64,000 bases of DNA from Squalus acanthias (Eukaryota), in assembly GCA_030390025.1 (NCBI GenBank), contig JASTWF010000036.1:682001-746000 (forward strand), given 5' to 3'. A program made the translations under genes and the position numbers. Positions within the stretch are counted from its first letter, which is position 1. Every line of letters begins with the position of its first letter. Shown here piece by piece: positions 24,357-36,819 of this stretch. The notes under the pieces are model-generated. The model saw only the letters and a list, made by a program, of their open reading frames with translations, was not told the origin of the DNA and made no database searches.

Positions 24357-24509
24357 CTTCGGTTCCAGGTTTTCGGTGATGATCATGGACTTGGCCTGTC
24401 CGAGACGGTTGACGCTGGACCGTCTGCCCCGGAGCTGGACGCTGCCGGTGTTGTAATGAGCCGAGCCCAGGGATTCAGACGACGAGGCCCGCTGGACGCT
24501 GGAGAAGTT
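24357..24509 (-). CDS. ARHGAP9: ARHGAP9 linker exon (NFSSVQRASSSESLGSAHYNTGSVQLRGRRSSVNRLGQAKSMIITENLEPK)
   Basis: Acceptor tgttgtgtgcAG and donor GTaatg; 153 nt, phase 0-0. Resembles the recalled ARHGAP15 N-terminus (TGAVQMR...RLSQSKSMILT). Confidence 0.85.
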
Positions 24510-25126
24510 CTGCACACAACAGGGCCGGGGGTGGGGGGGGGGTAGAAAAAGAGACAAAAAAAACACCCAGTAAGGTCATGAATGAAAGAGTTGTGTCCCT
24601 ACCCAATGACCCTTCCACTCGCTGTCCTCTCCTCAAACCGCTGACTCAGTTACACTGACAAGTCACTTTGCCGCGTGTCGCTCGACAGCGAATGCTAGCA
24701 GACTATTCGACCGAGGGGGGGTCATCGCAGCCAAGCCCAATCTCATCCTTGACCGACGAGCACACAGTCCGGACTCCCCGTCGAACCCCATCCTGTGGTA
24801 GCGAGTTCCACAGTCTCACCACTCTCTGGGTAAAGAAGTTTCTCCTGAATTCCCCCATTGGATTTATTAGTGACTGTCTTATATTGATGGCCCCTAGTTC
24901 TGGTCTCGCCAACACAAGTGGAAACATCTTCTCTACGTCTACCCGATCGAACCCCTTCATAATTTCAAAGACCTCTATCAGGTCACCACTCATCAGCCTT
25001 CTCTTTTCAAGAGAAAAGAGCCCCAGCCTGTTCAATCTTTCCTGATAGTTATAACCTCTCAGTTCTGGTATCATTCTAGTAAATCGATTTTGCACCTTCT
25101 CCAGTGCCTCTATATCCTCTTTATAA

Positions 25127-25632
25127 TATGGAGACCAGAACTGTGCACAGTGCTCCAAGTGTGGTCTAACCAAGGTATATGGAGACCAGAACTGTGCACA
25201 GTGCTCCAAGTGTGGTCTAACCAAGGTATATGGAGACCAGAACTGTGCACAGTACTCCAAGTGTGATCGAACCAGGGTATATGGAGACCAGAACTGTGCA
25301 CAGTGCTCCAAGTGTGGTCTAACTAAGGTATATGGAAACCAGAACTGTGCACAGTGCTCCAAGTGTGATCAAACCAAGGTATATGGAGACCAGAACTGTG
25401 CACAGCGCTCCAACTGTGATCTAACCAAGGTATATGGAGACCAGAACTGTGCACGGTGCTCCAAGTATGGTCAAACCAAGGTATATGGAGACCAGAACTG
25501 TGCACAGCGCTCCAAGTGTGATCTAACCAAGGTATACGGAGACCAGAACTGTGCACGGTGCTCCAAGTGTATCTAACCAAGGTATATGGAGAACAGAACT
25601 GTGCACAGTGCTCCAAGTGTATCTGACCAGGG
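25127..25632 (-). repeat. 51-bp tandem array, about 10 units, of a CR1 ORF2 segment (YTLVRPHLEHCAQFWSP)
   Basis: Embedded collinearly in CR1 at 24790-25680. Confidence 0.93.
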
Positions 25633-27488
25633 TTCTAGATACGCTTAACATAACTTCTCTGTTTCTCAATTCTAATCCCAAGCAGGCTGTTAAAAGAAAC
25701 AAAAGCCAGGATGTCACCTCTCGCCCTCACCGAGAGGGACAGTCACGCAAAGCAAGTCAACTCTTGCGCTCTTGTACGCGAGGGGAAACTGTTTCCACTG
25801 GCAGGAGGGTCGGTAACCAGAGGTCACCGATTTAAGATGAATCGGCAAAAGAACCAGAGGGGGAGATGAGGAGGAGAATTTGTTGTTTACGCAGCGAGTT
25901 GTTGTGATCTGGAATGCGCTGCCTGAAAGGGCGGTGGGAGCAGATTCAATCGTAACTTTCAAAAAGGGGAATTGGATAAATACTTGAAAAGGAAAAATTT
26001 AACTGGGAAAAGAGCAAAAGTGGGGGAGTGGGCCTAAATGGAGAGCTCTACCAAAGAGCCAGCACAGGCACGATGGGCCGAATGGCCTCCTTCTATGCTG
26101 CGAGATTCTAGGAAAGCAGCTGCGCTGTATTCCCCGGTGTCGATGGCGTTCAGTTATATCTTGTAGGGGTACGTGTGGGAGAATGGCATCGGCGTAGATC
26201 AGGAGAGGCGCACTCCACTCCAGCGCGACTCTGCGCAGTCAGATCCGGCGAGAGTGCTACCCACTGAGCCACGGCTGGCACAGGTAAACCGGGTCTTAAT
26301 TTTTAGAAAACAGCTTTCTAACCATCTGTTCCTGATTCCCTCTATATTCACAGTAGCTTGCAAGAAGTTACTTTTAAATAGCAAATGCATTTGGGATGCT
26401 TGGCTTTGTAAATAGGGGCATAATTTACGCTAAATCTTTATAGATCACTGGTTCGACCTCAACTGGAGAATTGTGTCCAATTCTGGGCACTGCACTTTAG
26501 GAAGGATGTCAAGGCCTTGGAGAGGGTGCGGAGGAGATTTACTGGAATGGTTCTAGGGGATGAGGGACTTCAGTTATGTGGAGAGACTGGAGAAGCTGGG
26601 ATTGTTCTCCTTAGAGCAGAGAAGGTTAAGGGGAGATTGACCAGAATGGCACCAGGGGAAGAGGGAGTTCAGTTATGTGGGGAGATTGGAGAAGCTGGGG
26701 ACTGTTCTCCTTAGAGCAGAGAAGGTTAAGAGGAGATTTGATAGAATTGCTTAAAATTGCGAGGGGTTTTGATCGAGTAGAGAGGGGGAAACTGTTTCCA
26801 GTGGCAGGAGGGTCGGTAACCAGAGGACACAGATTGAAGATAATCGACAAAAGAACCAGAGGTGGAGATGAGGAGAATGTTTTTAACGCAGCGAGTTGTT
26901 GTGATCTGGAACGCGCTGCCTGAAAGGGCGGTGGGAGCAGATTCAATAGTAACTTTCAAAAGGGGAATTGGATAAATACTTGAAAAGGAAATATTTGCAA
27001 GGCTACGGGGGAAAGAGCAGGGAGGATAGTGAGACTAATTGGAGAGCTCGTTCAAAGAGCCGGCACAGGCATGACGGGCCGAATGGCCTCCTTCTGTGCT
27101 GTATCGTTCTATCTATCTATCCCTTCCCACCTCTTTTACCAGGACCGGGAGCTGCACCTTTCTGGCGAGGAGCATGGGGGGGGCGGGTGGGCGAGAGAGG
27201 TCTCCGTTCTGGGAATCCACCTGGGCCACGCGAACGCAGCTCAAGGCCACGGTATGCGAGAGAAAAAAAAACGAGCGCTGCCCACCTGGCAGCGCGACAG
27301 AATCGCAAACAGAAAGGCAGGTCGAGAGCCAGAGTACCGACCACAGCTTCTGCAGACTCCCTCTCACCCCAGCGCCCTCTCGAATCACCGGCGGCTTGCG
27401 AGCGACACCGCCCCCACCACCATCCGCCCCCCTCTACCATCCGCCCCCCCCCACCCCCATCCCGCCGCCCCCGTGCGACGCCCCTTAC

Positions 27489-27605
27489 CTGCGAGGGGTC
27501 CCAGCTCTTCCCTTCCTGACCTTGTCCCGCCAAGTGATTGCAGGAGGAGAGGGAGGTCCCGTGGTCCTTCCAGGCGGAGGGGTAATCCGGCGGAGGTGTT
27601 GAGGA
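27489..27605 (-). CDS. ARHGAP9: ARHGAP9 linker exon (SSTPPPDYPSAWKDHGTSLSSCNHLAGQGQEGKSWDPSQ)
   Basis: Acceptor tgtttctttcattAG and donor CAG|GTaagg; 117 nt, phase 0-0, open. Confidence 0.8.
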
Positions 27606-27798
27606 CTAATGAAAGAAACAACATAGGAGCGATCAGTCAGTGCGGTGGGGAGGCGGGTGGGGGGGGGGGTGGATGTGTGCGTGTGTGAGTGAGCAGTTCT
27701 CTAAATCACTTCCTTCTTGCCTGTTCCTTACTAACCAGATGAATCTGGCAAAGTTTCAGATGGTAATTGTCATCCGAAGGCACGCTTCCTCCTCCCAA

Positions 27799-28380
27799 AG
27801 CCGTGGTTCGGTGGGTAGCGCGCTCTCTCGCCTCCGAGTCAGAAGGTTGTGGGTTCGAGCCCCCACTCCCGAGACTCGAGCCCCATAATCCAGGCTGACA
27901 CTCCCAGTGCCAGTACTGAGGGAGAGCCGCACTGTCGGAGGGGCAGTACTGAGGGAGTGCCGCACTGTCGGAGGGGCAGTACTGAGGGAGCGCCGCACTG
28001 TCTGAGGGGCAGTACTGGGGGAGCTCTGCTTTGTCGGAGCTGCAGTCTTTCGAATTGCAATGTTAAACCGAGGTCCCGTCTGCCCTCTCAGGTGGACGTA
28101 AAAGATCCCAGGGCCACTATTTCGAAGAAGAGCAGGGGGAGTTCTCCTGGTGTCCTGGGGCCAATATTTATCCCTCAACCAACATCACTAAAAATAAATC
28201 AGACCATCTGATCATTTATCACATTGCTGTTTGTGGGAGCTTGCTGTGCGCCTTTTGCCTGCCGCGTTTCCTACATTACAACAGCGACCACACTTCAAAA
28301 AAAAGTACTCCGTCGGCTGTGAAGCGCTTTGGGACGTCCTGAGGTGGTGAAAGGCGCTGGAGAAACGCGAGTCCTTTCTC
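27799..28380 (+). mobile_element. Full-length DeuSINE with about 4 units of the 33-bp motif
   Basis: tRNA-like head (ggttcgagccc B box), Deu domain and 3' tail. Confidence 0.88.
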
Positions 28381-28930
28381 CTCAACGCCCCGATTGCTGG
28401 GAAACGCGCGGGGGAGCACGGGACTGGGGCGCGGGCTGCGGTCAAGAACCGCGTCGAGCCTCGCCATCAATGTTCACAATGGCCGGGCGGGCACAGTGCG
28501 GGAGAGAGGCCGGCGCTTGCAAAACCCGCAGAGCCCAGCGAGGAGCACGGTGGGCCGAAAACCGAGGGGAGGGGGTTGGGGGGGGGAACGAAAATTTCAA
28601 AGGCGCATCAATAAAACCTTTCCTCCCTCTCTCTCTCTCCAACCGAGACTGGGGCGGGTGGGAATGTCGGGAGAAATCCATGCGCTACGGCCTGCGCTCG
28701 AAGGTTGGGTTAAAATTCAAAACTGATCTGCGGAAATATTATTTTAGCGAGCGAGTGGTCAGGCTACGGAACAGGCTCCCTCGGGAGATGAGCGGAAGCT
28801 GTTCGCGTTGATTCATTCAAAGCCAAATTAGGTCGATTTCTTTCAAAAAATAACACTTTGGGTCACTGTATGTGAGTAATTTGGGAAATGGCGTGTGGTA
28901 AGGGTAACATGCTCAGGAGGAACAGGTGAC

Positions 28931-29685
28931 ATTCTCGGAACCAGACGCCTTCAGTGTGCCAGTGCAGCCTTCGGTCGCCTGAGGAAGAGAGGGTTTGAAG
29001 ACCAGGACCTCAAACCCAGCACCAAGCTCATGGTCTACAGAGCAGCAGTGATACCCGCCCTCCTGTATGCCTCAGAGACATGGACCATGTACAGCAGGCA
29101 CCTCAAAGCACTGGAGAGGTACCACCAACGCTGCCTCCGCAAGATCCTGCCAATCCATTGGCAGGGTAGGCGCACCAACGTCAGTGTTTCGCTCAGGCCA
29201 ACATCCCCAGCATCGAAGCTTTGACCACGCTCGATCAGCTCCGACGGACGGGCCACATCGTCCGCATGCCCGATACGAGACTCCTCAAGCAAGCGCTCTA
29301 CTCGGAGCTCCGACACGGCAAGAGAGCCCCAGGTGGGCAGAGGAAACGCTTCAAGGACACCCTCAAAGCCTCCTTGAAAAAGTGCAACATCCCCACCGAC
29401 ACCTAGGAATCCCTGGCCCCAAGACCGCACAAAGTGGAGGAGAAGCATCCAGGAAGGCACCGAACACCTCGAGTCTCTTCGCCGGGAGCAAGTGGAAACC
29501 AAGCGCGAACAGTGGAAGGAGCGCACGTCAAACCAAGCCCCCCACCCACCCGCCCCTTCAACCACTGTCTGCCCCACCTGTGACAGAGACTGTAGGTCCC
29601 GCATTGGACTCATCAGTCACCTGAGAACTCATTTTTGGTGTGGAAGCAAGTCTTCCTCGGTTCCGAGGGACTGCCTATGAAGAGG
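28931..29685 (+). mobile_element. RTE-clade LINE, 5'-truncated
   Basis: Same family as 22248-22996; ~22-bp flanking direct repeat atgct(ca/tg)ggaggaacaggtgac. Confidence 0.9.
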
Positions 29686-30934
29686 ATGCTTGGGAGGAAC
29701 AGGTGACTTTGGATTATGGTTCCCAGACCCGCGACCTCCACCACCTAGAAGGACGAGGGCAGCGGGCGCGTGGGAACACCACCACCTCCAAGTCCCACAC
29801 ACACCATCCCGACTTGGAAATATATCAGCCGTTCCTTCATTGCGTCCAGTTCTGGTCACCACACTTTAGGAAGGATGTGAAGGCCCTTGAGAGGGTGCAG
29901 AGGAGATTTACCAGAATGGATCTGGGGACGGGGGAATCTTAGCTACAAGGACAGGTTGGAGAAGCTGGATTTGTTTTCATTCGAGCAAAGGAGGTTGAGG
30001 GGTGATTTGATAAGAGGTGTACAAGATTATGACGGGTTTGGATAGGCTAGACGGGGAAAGGCTGTTCCCACGAGTTGATGGTACAAGGACTAGGGGACAC
30101 AGATTTAAGGTTTTGGGCAAGAGATACAGGGGGGGAATGTGAGGAAAAACTTTTTTACGCAGCGAGTGATGAGGACCTGGAAATCGCTGCCGACAGAAGT
30201 GGTGGAAGTGGAGACACTCAAATGTTTTCAAGGGGAGACTGGATAGGCACTTGAGGGAAATAAACTTGCATGGGGGACTACGGGGATAGAGCGGGGGGGA
30301 ATGGGACTGACTGGATTGCTCTACAGAGAGCCGGCATGGACTCGATGGGCCGAATGGCCTCCTTCTGTGCCGTTATGTTATGACTATGACCCTCTCAGGC
30401 AGTGCATTCCAGATCCTAACCACTCACTGCCTATGACTCATCGTCACTGCATCAAAGTCCTGGAACTCCCTTCCTAACAGCGCTGTAGGAGCACCTTCAC
30501 CGCACGGGACTGCAACGGTTCAAGAAGGTGGCTCACCACCACCTCCCGTGAATTAATAATAAAAAAGCTCGCCGCCACTGGGGAATTTCCTCGCTTCAGA
30601 TCTGGGTCTGTTGTAGACTAATTGATAATAACATAAAAAATAGGAGCAGGAGGTAGGCCATTCGGCAACCTCGAGCCTGCTCCGCCATTCAATTAAGATC
30701 ACGATCTTCGACCTCAACTCCACTTTCCCGCCCGTATCCTTCGATTCCCCAAGAGCCAAAAAAATCCATCGATCTCAGCCTTGAATATACTCAATGACTG
30801 AGAGCACCCACAGCCCTCTGGGGTAGAGAATTCCAAAGATTCACCACCCTCCGAGTGAAGAAATTCCTCCTCATCTCAGTCCTAAATGGCCGACCCCTTA
30901 TCCTGAGACTGTGACCCCCTGGTGGGAAACAGCC

Positions 30935-31163
30935 TGATGTAAGAAAACTACTTGGCACTAGGTCTAAGCATTAAACAAAGCTTTAATCGACTGTTTTACA
31001 ACATTGAGATCTAGTTGTGGCCTTCACTAGTTCCTGTTAAAGAATGTCCCGCGCAAACTGGGCCCGTGCCCGAGTATTTATACTCTCCCTGGACAGCGCC
31101 ACCAGCAGGCCGCCCAGTATTATTTCATAAGTCATTTCCAGATGAATGACAAGATTCATGTCA
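30935..31163 (-). mobile_element. Solo LTR, 229 bp
   Basis: TGA...TCA termini, 5-bp TSD CAGCC, minus-strand TATAAATA and ATTAAA. Nested in CR1. Confidence 0.85.
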
Positions 31164-32199
31164 CAGCCTCTCAGCCTCTCAGCATCTACCCTCTAAGAAT
31201 TTTGTATGTTTCAATGAGGTCACCTCTCATTCTTCTAAACTCGAGGGAATATCGGCCTAGTCTACTCAATCTCTCCTCATAGGACAATCCCCCCCATCCC
31301 AGGAACCAGTCTGGTGAACCTTCGTTGCACTCCCTCTGAGGCAAGTGTATCCTTCCTCAGGGAAGGAAACCAAAACCGCAGAGAGGAGTAGTCCAGGTGT
31401 GGTCTCACCAGGGCCCCCCCGATATAATTGCAGCAGGGCTTCCTTACTCTTAAACTTCAAACCCTGCAGCTACCAGGGCGGTAGAAGAGCGAACAAGACG
31501 GATCTTGGTCTTTTAACGTCGAGGCAGTTCCTGCGTTTCCGTAAGGCAGATGTGAAATGTCTTCTGGCAAAGGCTTAAACAGCAGAACGGAAATTTCTGA
31601 ACAGCATCACGATGCTGGGTTAAGCTGGGCGGCCGTGGAAGTTAACACATACTTCCTCCTTTCTGTGCCGAGCAAGATTATTTTTTACACAATGAGAGAA
31701 CACAATTTCAAAAGGAAGGCAGGCGGGTGGGTGGGGGTGGTGCAGGGAATTTTGAAGAATTACAGAAAAAACAAATTATGATTGGAAAGAGATAGGGGTG
31801 GGAGGAGGCTCGTGTGGAGCATAAACACCGGCACGGACCAGTTGGGTCCGAATGGCCTGTTTCTGTGCTGTGCTGTAAACACGGTGTAATTCTAGAATAT
31901 ATCCTCATTGGCCTTAAATGGAGGTGTGACAATATCCTATAATAAGGGCAATTGGGATATATGGCAATAGCCGACATAAACCAGTGGTAGCGGGGATACA
32001 AATTTCTCCGTGCCTGATATCAGAAGATTGCGGGTTCACGGTCCCACTCCAGAGACTCGAGCGCAAAAATCTAGGCCGACACTCCAGTGGAGTGCTGCAC
32101 TGTCGGAGGTGCCGTCTTCCCGGAGGAGACGTTAAACCGAGGCCCCCGTCTGCCTTCTCAGGTGGACGTAAAAGATCCCACGGCCACTATCGGAAAGAA

Positions 32200-33158
32200 G
32201 GAGAGACTCGCATTTCACCGGCGCCTTTCACGACCACCGGACGTCTCAAAGCGCTTTACAGCCAATGAAGTACTTTTTTTTTTGGAAGTGTGGTCACTGT
32301 TGTAATGCGGGAAACGCGTCAGCCAAATTGCGCACAGCAAGCTCCCGCAAACGGCAATGTGATAAATGACCAGATAATCTGTCTTTGCTATGTTGGTTGA
32401 GGGATAAATATTGGCCCCAGGACACCGGGGAGAACTCTCCTGCTCTTCTACAAAATAGTGGCCGTGGGATCTTTTACGTCCACCTGAGAGAGCAGACAGG
32501 GTTTAACATCTCATCCGAAAGACGGCACCTCCGACAGTGCGGCGCTGTCTCAGTACTGTCGCGCCGACAGTGCGGCGCTCCCTCAGTACCGCCCTCCGAC
32601 AGTGCGGCGCTCCCTCAGTACCGCCCCTCCGACAGTGCGGCACTCCCTCAGTACCGCCCCTCCGACAGTGCGGCGCTCCCTCAGTACCGCCCCTCCGACA
32701 GTGCGGCGCTCCCTCAGTACCTCCCCTCCGACAGTGCGGCGCTCCCTCAGCACTGACCCTCCGACAGTGCAGCACTCCCTCAGTACTGCCCCTCCGACAG
32801 TGCGGCGCTCCCTCAGTACTGCCCCTCCGACAGTGCGGCTCTCCCTCAGTACTACCCGACAGTGCGGCACTCCCTCAGTACTGCCCCTCCGACTGTGCGG
32901 CGCTCCCTCAGTACTGCCCCTCCGACAGTGCGGCTCTCCCTCAGTACCGCCCCTCCGACAGTGCGGCGCTCCCTCAGTACTGCCCCTCCGACTGTGCGGC
33001 GCTCCCTCAGTACTGCCCCTCCGACTGTGCGGCGCTCCCTCAGCACTGCACTGGAGTGTCAGCCTAGCTTTCTGTGCTCGAGTCCCTGGAGTGGGACTTG
33101 AGCCCACAACCATCTAGACTCAGAGGCGAGTGTGTTACCCACTGAGCCACAGCTGACA
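32200..33158 (-). mobile_element. Full-length DeuSINE with a 33-bp array of about 16 units (32530-33050)
   Basis: Head gctgtggctcagtgggtaac, array, Deu domain and tail are all collinear. Confidence 0.9.
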
Positions 33159-33692
33159 CTGGAAGAAGAGCAGGGGAGTTATCCCCGGTGTCCTGGGGCC
33201 AATATTTATCCCTCAACCAACATCACTTAAAAAACAGGTTATCTGGTCATTTATCACATTGCTGTTTGTGGGAGCTTGCTGTGCGCAAAATTGCCGCATT
33301 TCCTACATTACAACAGTGACTACACTTCAAAAATACCTCATTGGCTGTAAAGCGCTTTGGGACGTCCGGTGGTCGTGGAAGGCGCTGGAGAAATGCAAGT
33401 CTTTCTTACTTTTCTCTGACGGACAGAAAGCAGGAAGTAGTGGGGAACAGTTGCTTTTCAGACTGGAGGGAGGTATACGGTGGTGTCCCCCAGGGGTCAG
33501 TAACGGGACCACTGCTCTTTTTGATATATATTAATGACCTGGATTTAGGTACAAGGGACACAGTTTCAAAGTTTGCAGATGATACGAAACTCGGGAGGAG
33601 GACAGTAACTGACTTCAGGAGGACATAGACAGACCGGTGAAATGGACAGACACATGACCGGTGAAATTTAACGCAGAGAAGGTGTGAGGTGA

Positions 33693-34180
33693 CACAATAG
33701 CAAAATACTGCGGATGCTGGAAATCCGAAATAACAACAGAAAACGCTGGAAAAACTCAGCCGGCCAGGCAGCATCCGTGGAGAGAGAAACAGAGTTAACG
33801 TTTCAGGTCGAAGACCCTTCGTCAGAACTGGAAAAAAAGCAGGAAATGAAATAGATTCAAAGCAAGTATAATGCTGGGAAAAGCGGGGTTGGGATGAAAG
33901 AACAAAAGGCAAGGTCAGTGGTGGGCTAGAAAGCAGGAGAGATTAAGAGACATAAAGAGATAATCAAGGCAAGAGGAGGTGGTAACGTGACAGGTAGAGG
34001 CTAGATGAAGTGTGAACTGGGCTGGCAGAATGAAGGACAGCTGCCAGCTTCTGGGAGGGGAAAAAAAGGCCAAACAAAAGGTGGATGAAAAAATAAAATA
34101 AAAAAATATATATATATGATCGGGGCCGAGGTTATGATCTGAAATTGTTGAACTCGATGTTGAGTCCAGAGGGCTGTAGG
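33693..34180 (-). mobile_element. Penelope-like 3' fragment, family B, with hammerhead at about 33794-33828
   Basis: Minus strand has an LQPSGLNIEFNNF endonuclease tail and GTT-CTGACGA-AGGGTC ttc GACCT-GAAACGTT-AAC. Nested in CR1. Confidence 0.8.
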
Positions 34181-34222
34181 GTGAAGTGATACATGTTGGT
34201 CAGAAGAATGAGGAGAGACAAT

Positions 34223-34985
34223 GGCCCAAAAATTCGGCCCTTCCCGGGTGAGTACGCACTGTGTACTCACCCGTATTGCTTCCCGAAGTGCCGGTTTCCT
34301 GCATGCACTGCGCATGCGCGGGAAACCAGAACTTCCGGTATGGTGAAGGGGGCGGTTCCTAGGTGAACCGCGTGCGCGCTACAGACTGCGCGCACGCAGC
34401 ACACTTAGATTTTTTTTCAGGTTTCTACGCGAGGTTAAGTATGGAAGATACTACGCTAATGAAAAGGAAGCACAACACACGTTTTGAACAAGGTAAGTGG
34501 TTAATTAAGTATAATTTTAAATTTTTTTCAACAGGTTTATCTTTTTTAGATACTTTAAAGAAAGGTAAGTTTATTTTTATAACTTTTAAAAAGTATTTTA
34601 ATTTTTTCAAAAATTTAAATTTTTGTTTAAAGTGGTTAATTTATTTAAATATAGTTATTTTATAAATGTGATGGTTTTTTAAAAATTTATTTTAAGTTTA
34701 GCTGTTCTTTTGGGGCCGATTTCAATTCACAGATTTGACAGGTCTCCTGTCAAATCTATGAATGAAAGATGGTCTGCTGCCATTGGCTCTCCATGGCCCA
34801 CGTGATCCCAGGGGTCGCATCACACTAACTGCGCCCCTGGAACACGCAAGCACTGCGCGCCGGCTCTTGGGAGAGGTCCAGGACCCGAAGTTCCCGTGGG
34901 CCCAAAACACAACGGCAGGCGCGGTAGGTAAGAGCGCGCGCGATCCTTACCCCCGCGGCAAGCCGGACACGCGAATTTCTGGGCC
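34223..34985. mobile_element. Non-autonomous DNA transposon, probably PIF/Harbinger
   Basis: TIRs GGCCCAAAAATTCG and CGAATTTCTGGGCC, 3-bp TSD AAT, AT-rich core. It cleanly splits a CR1. Confidence 0.85.
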
Positions 34986-35261
34986 AATATAAACTAAATG
35001 GTACAATTTTAAAGGGGGTGCAGGAACAGAGAGACGGGTATACGCACACAAATCTTTGAAGGTGAAAGGACACGTTGAGAAGGCTGTTAAAAAAGGCATA
35101 CGGGATCCTGGGCTTTATTAATAGAGGTGTAGAGTGCAAAAGCAAGGAGGTTATGGTAAACCTTTTATAAAACACCGGTTCGACCTCGGATGGAGTATTG
35201 TGTCCAATTCTGGGCACCGCACTTTAGGAAGGATGTCAAGGGCCTTGGAGAGGGTGTGGAA

Positions 35262-35650
35262 GAGATTGACCAGAATGGTACCAGGGGATGAGGGACTTCA
35301 GTGACGTGGAGAAGCTGGGATTGTTCTCCTTCGAGCAGAGAAGGTTAAGGGGGAGATTGACCAGAATGGTACCAGGGGATGAGGGACTTCAGTGATGTGG
35401 AGAGACTGGAGAAGCTGGGGTTGTTCTCCTTCGAGCAGAGAAGGTTAAGGGGGAGATTGACCAGAATGGTACCAGGGGATGAGGGACTTCAGTGACGTGG
35501 AGAGACTGGAGAAGCTGGGGTTGTTCTCCTTAGAGCAGAGAAGGTTAAGGGGAGATTGACCAGAATGGTACCAGGGGATGAGGACTTCAGTTACATGGAG
35601 AGACTGGAGAAGCTGGGGTCGTTCTCCTTAGAGCAGAGAAGGTTTAGGGG
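35262..35650 (+). repeat. ~100-bp CR1 ORF2 segment repeated 4 times (twice at 26533-26735)
   Basis: gagattgaccagaatggtaccagggg...gcagagaaggttaagggg in tandem. Confidence 0.9.
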
Positions 35651-36081
35651 AGATTTAATAGAGGTGTTCAAAATTACGAGGGGTTTTGATCGAGTAAATA
35701 AGGAGAAACTGTTTCCAGTGGCAGGAGGGTCGGTCACCAGAGGACACAGATTTAAGATAATCAGCAAAAGAACCAGAGGGGGAGATGAGGAGAAATGATT
35801 TACACAGCGAGTTGTTGTGATCTGGAACGCGCTGCCAGAAAGGGCGTTGGAAGCAGATTCAATAGTAACTTTCAAAAGGGGGAATTGGATAAATACTTGA
35901 AGGGGAAAAATTCACAGGGCTACGGGGGAAAGAGCAGGGGGGAGAGAGTGGGACTATTTGGAGAGCTCGTTCAAAGAGCGGCACAGGCACGATGGGCCGA
36001 ATGGCCTCCTCCTGCGCTGTCAGTTCCTAATGAAACTCGACAAGAGGGAGATGAGAGGAGGACGCCAAGCGACGCACTTAC

Positions 36082-36330
36082 CCTGGACACGGTCCGGTTC
36101 CTGGCTCGGCGCGGCGGCTTCCACGTCTTCTCCTTGGTGACGGCGTTGAAGTAGAAGCTGCGGCCGCTGGCCGCGTCCACGTGGCGCTCCCAGAGGTCTA
36201 TGATCTGCACCGCTGGCTCTGTGGGGCTCGGAGGCCCCCGGCTCACCAACTTCAGCTCCTTCAGGTTGGTGTAGACCGGGGAGCCAGGCCTAGCTGGGTC
36301 CTCCTGGGGCTCGATGGGGCAGTCGGAGTC
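36082..36330 (-). CDS. ARHGAP9: ARHGAP9 exon with PVYxNL motif and WW domain
   Basis: Long pyrimidine tract plus AG and donor GTaagt; 249 nt, phase 0-0. Encodes DSDCP...SPVYTNLKELK...WERHVDAASGRSFYFNAVTKEKTWKPPRR, a WW domain typical of ARHGAP9/12/27. Confidence 0.93.
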
Positions 36331-36570
36331 CTTGGGGGAAGAGAGAAAGAGAAAGGAAAATGCATTAGGCGGGAATATGGTATTGAGATAGAGGATCAGC
36401 CATGATCGTATTGAATGGCGGAGCAGGCTCGAAGGGCCGAATGGCCTACTCCTGGCTCCTATGTTTCTATGTTACAACCATTTTGTAACCGCTAAATGTT
36501 CTGGGTTAGGCTTTGGAAAGGGTGCAGCCCAGATGCACCAGAATGGTAACCAGACCTCTAAGAGCATAAG

Positions 36571-36788
36571 TGACGTAAGAAAACTACTAGGCACTTGGTC
36601 TAAGCGTTAAACAAAGCTTTAATCAACTGTTTTTCAACATGGAGGTCTAGTTGCGTCCTTCACTAGTTCCTGCTGAGGAATGTCCTAAGCAAGCTGGGCC
36701 CATGCCCGAGTATTTATACTCTCCCTGGACAGCGCCACCAGCAGGCCGCCCAGCATTACTTCATACATGAATGACAAGATTCATGTCA
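36571..36788 (-). mobile_element. Solo LTR, 218 bp, same family
   Basis: TGAC...GTCA termini and 5-bp TSD ATAAG. Confidence 0.85.
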
Positions 36789-36819
36789 ATAAGAACATAA
36801 GATATATATATATATTTTA

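Larger units (their letters stand above)
33415..36015 (+). mobile_element. CR1 LINE hosting nested Penelope-like, Harbinger-type and tandem insertions
   Basis: [10 protein letters not shown]...KFADDTK; collinear across the insertions to the 3' tail. Confidence 0.88.
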
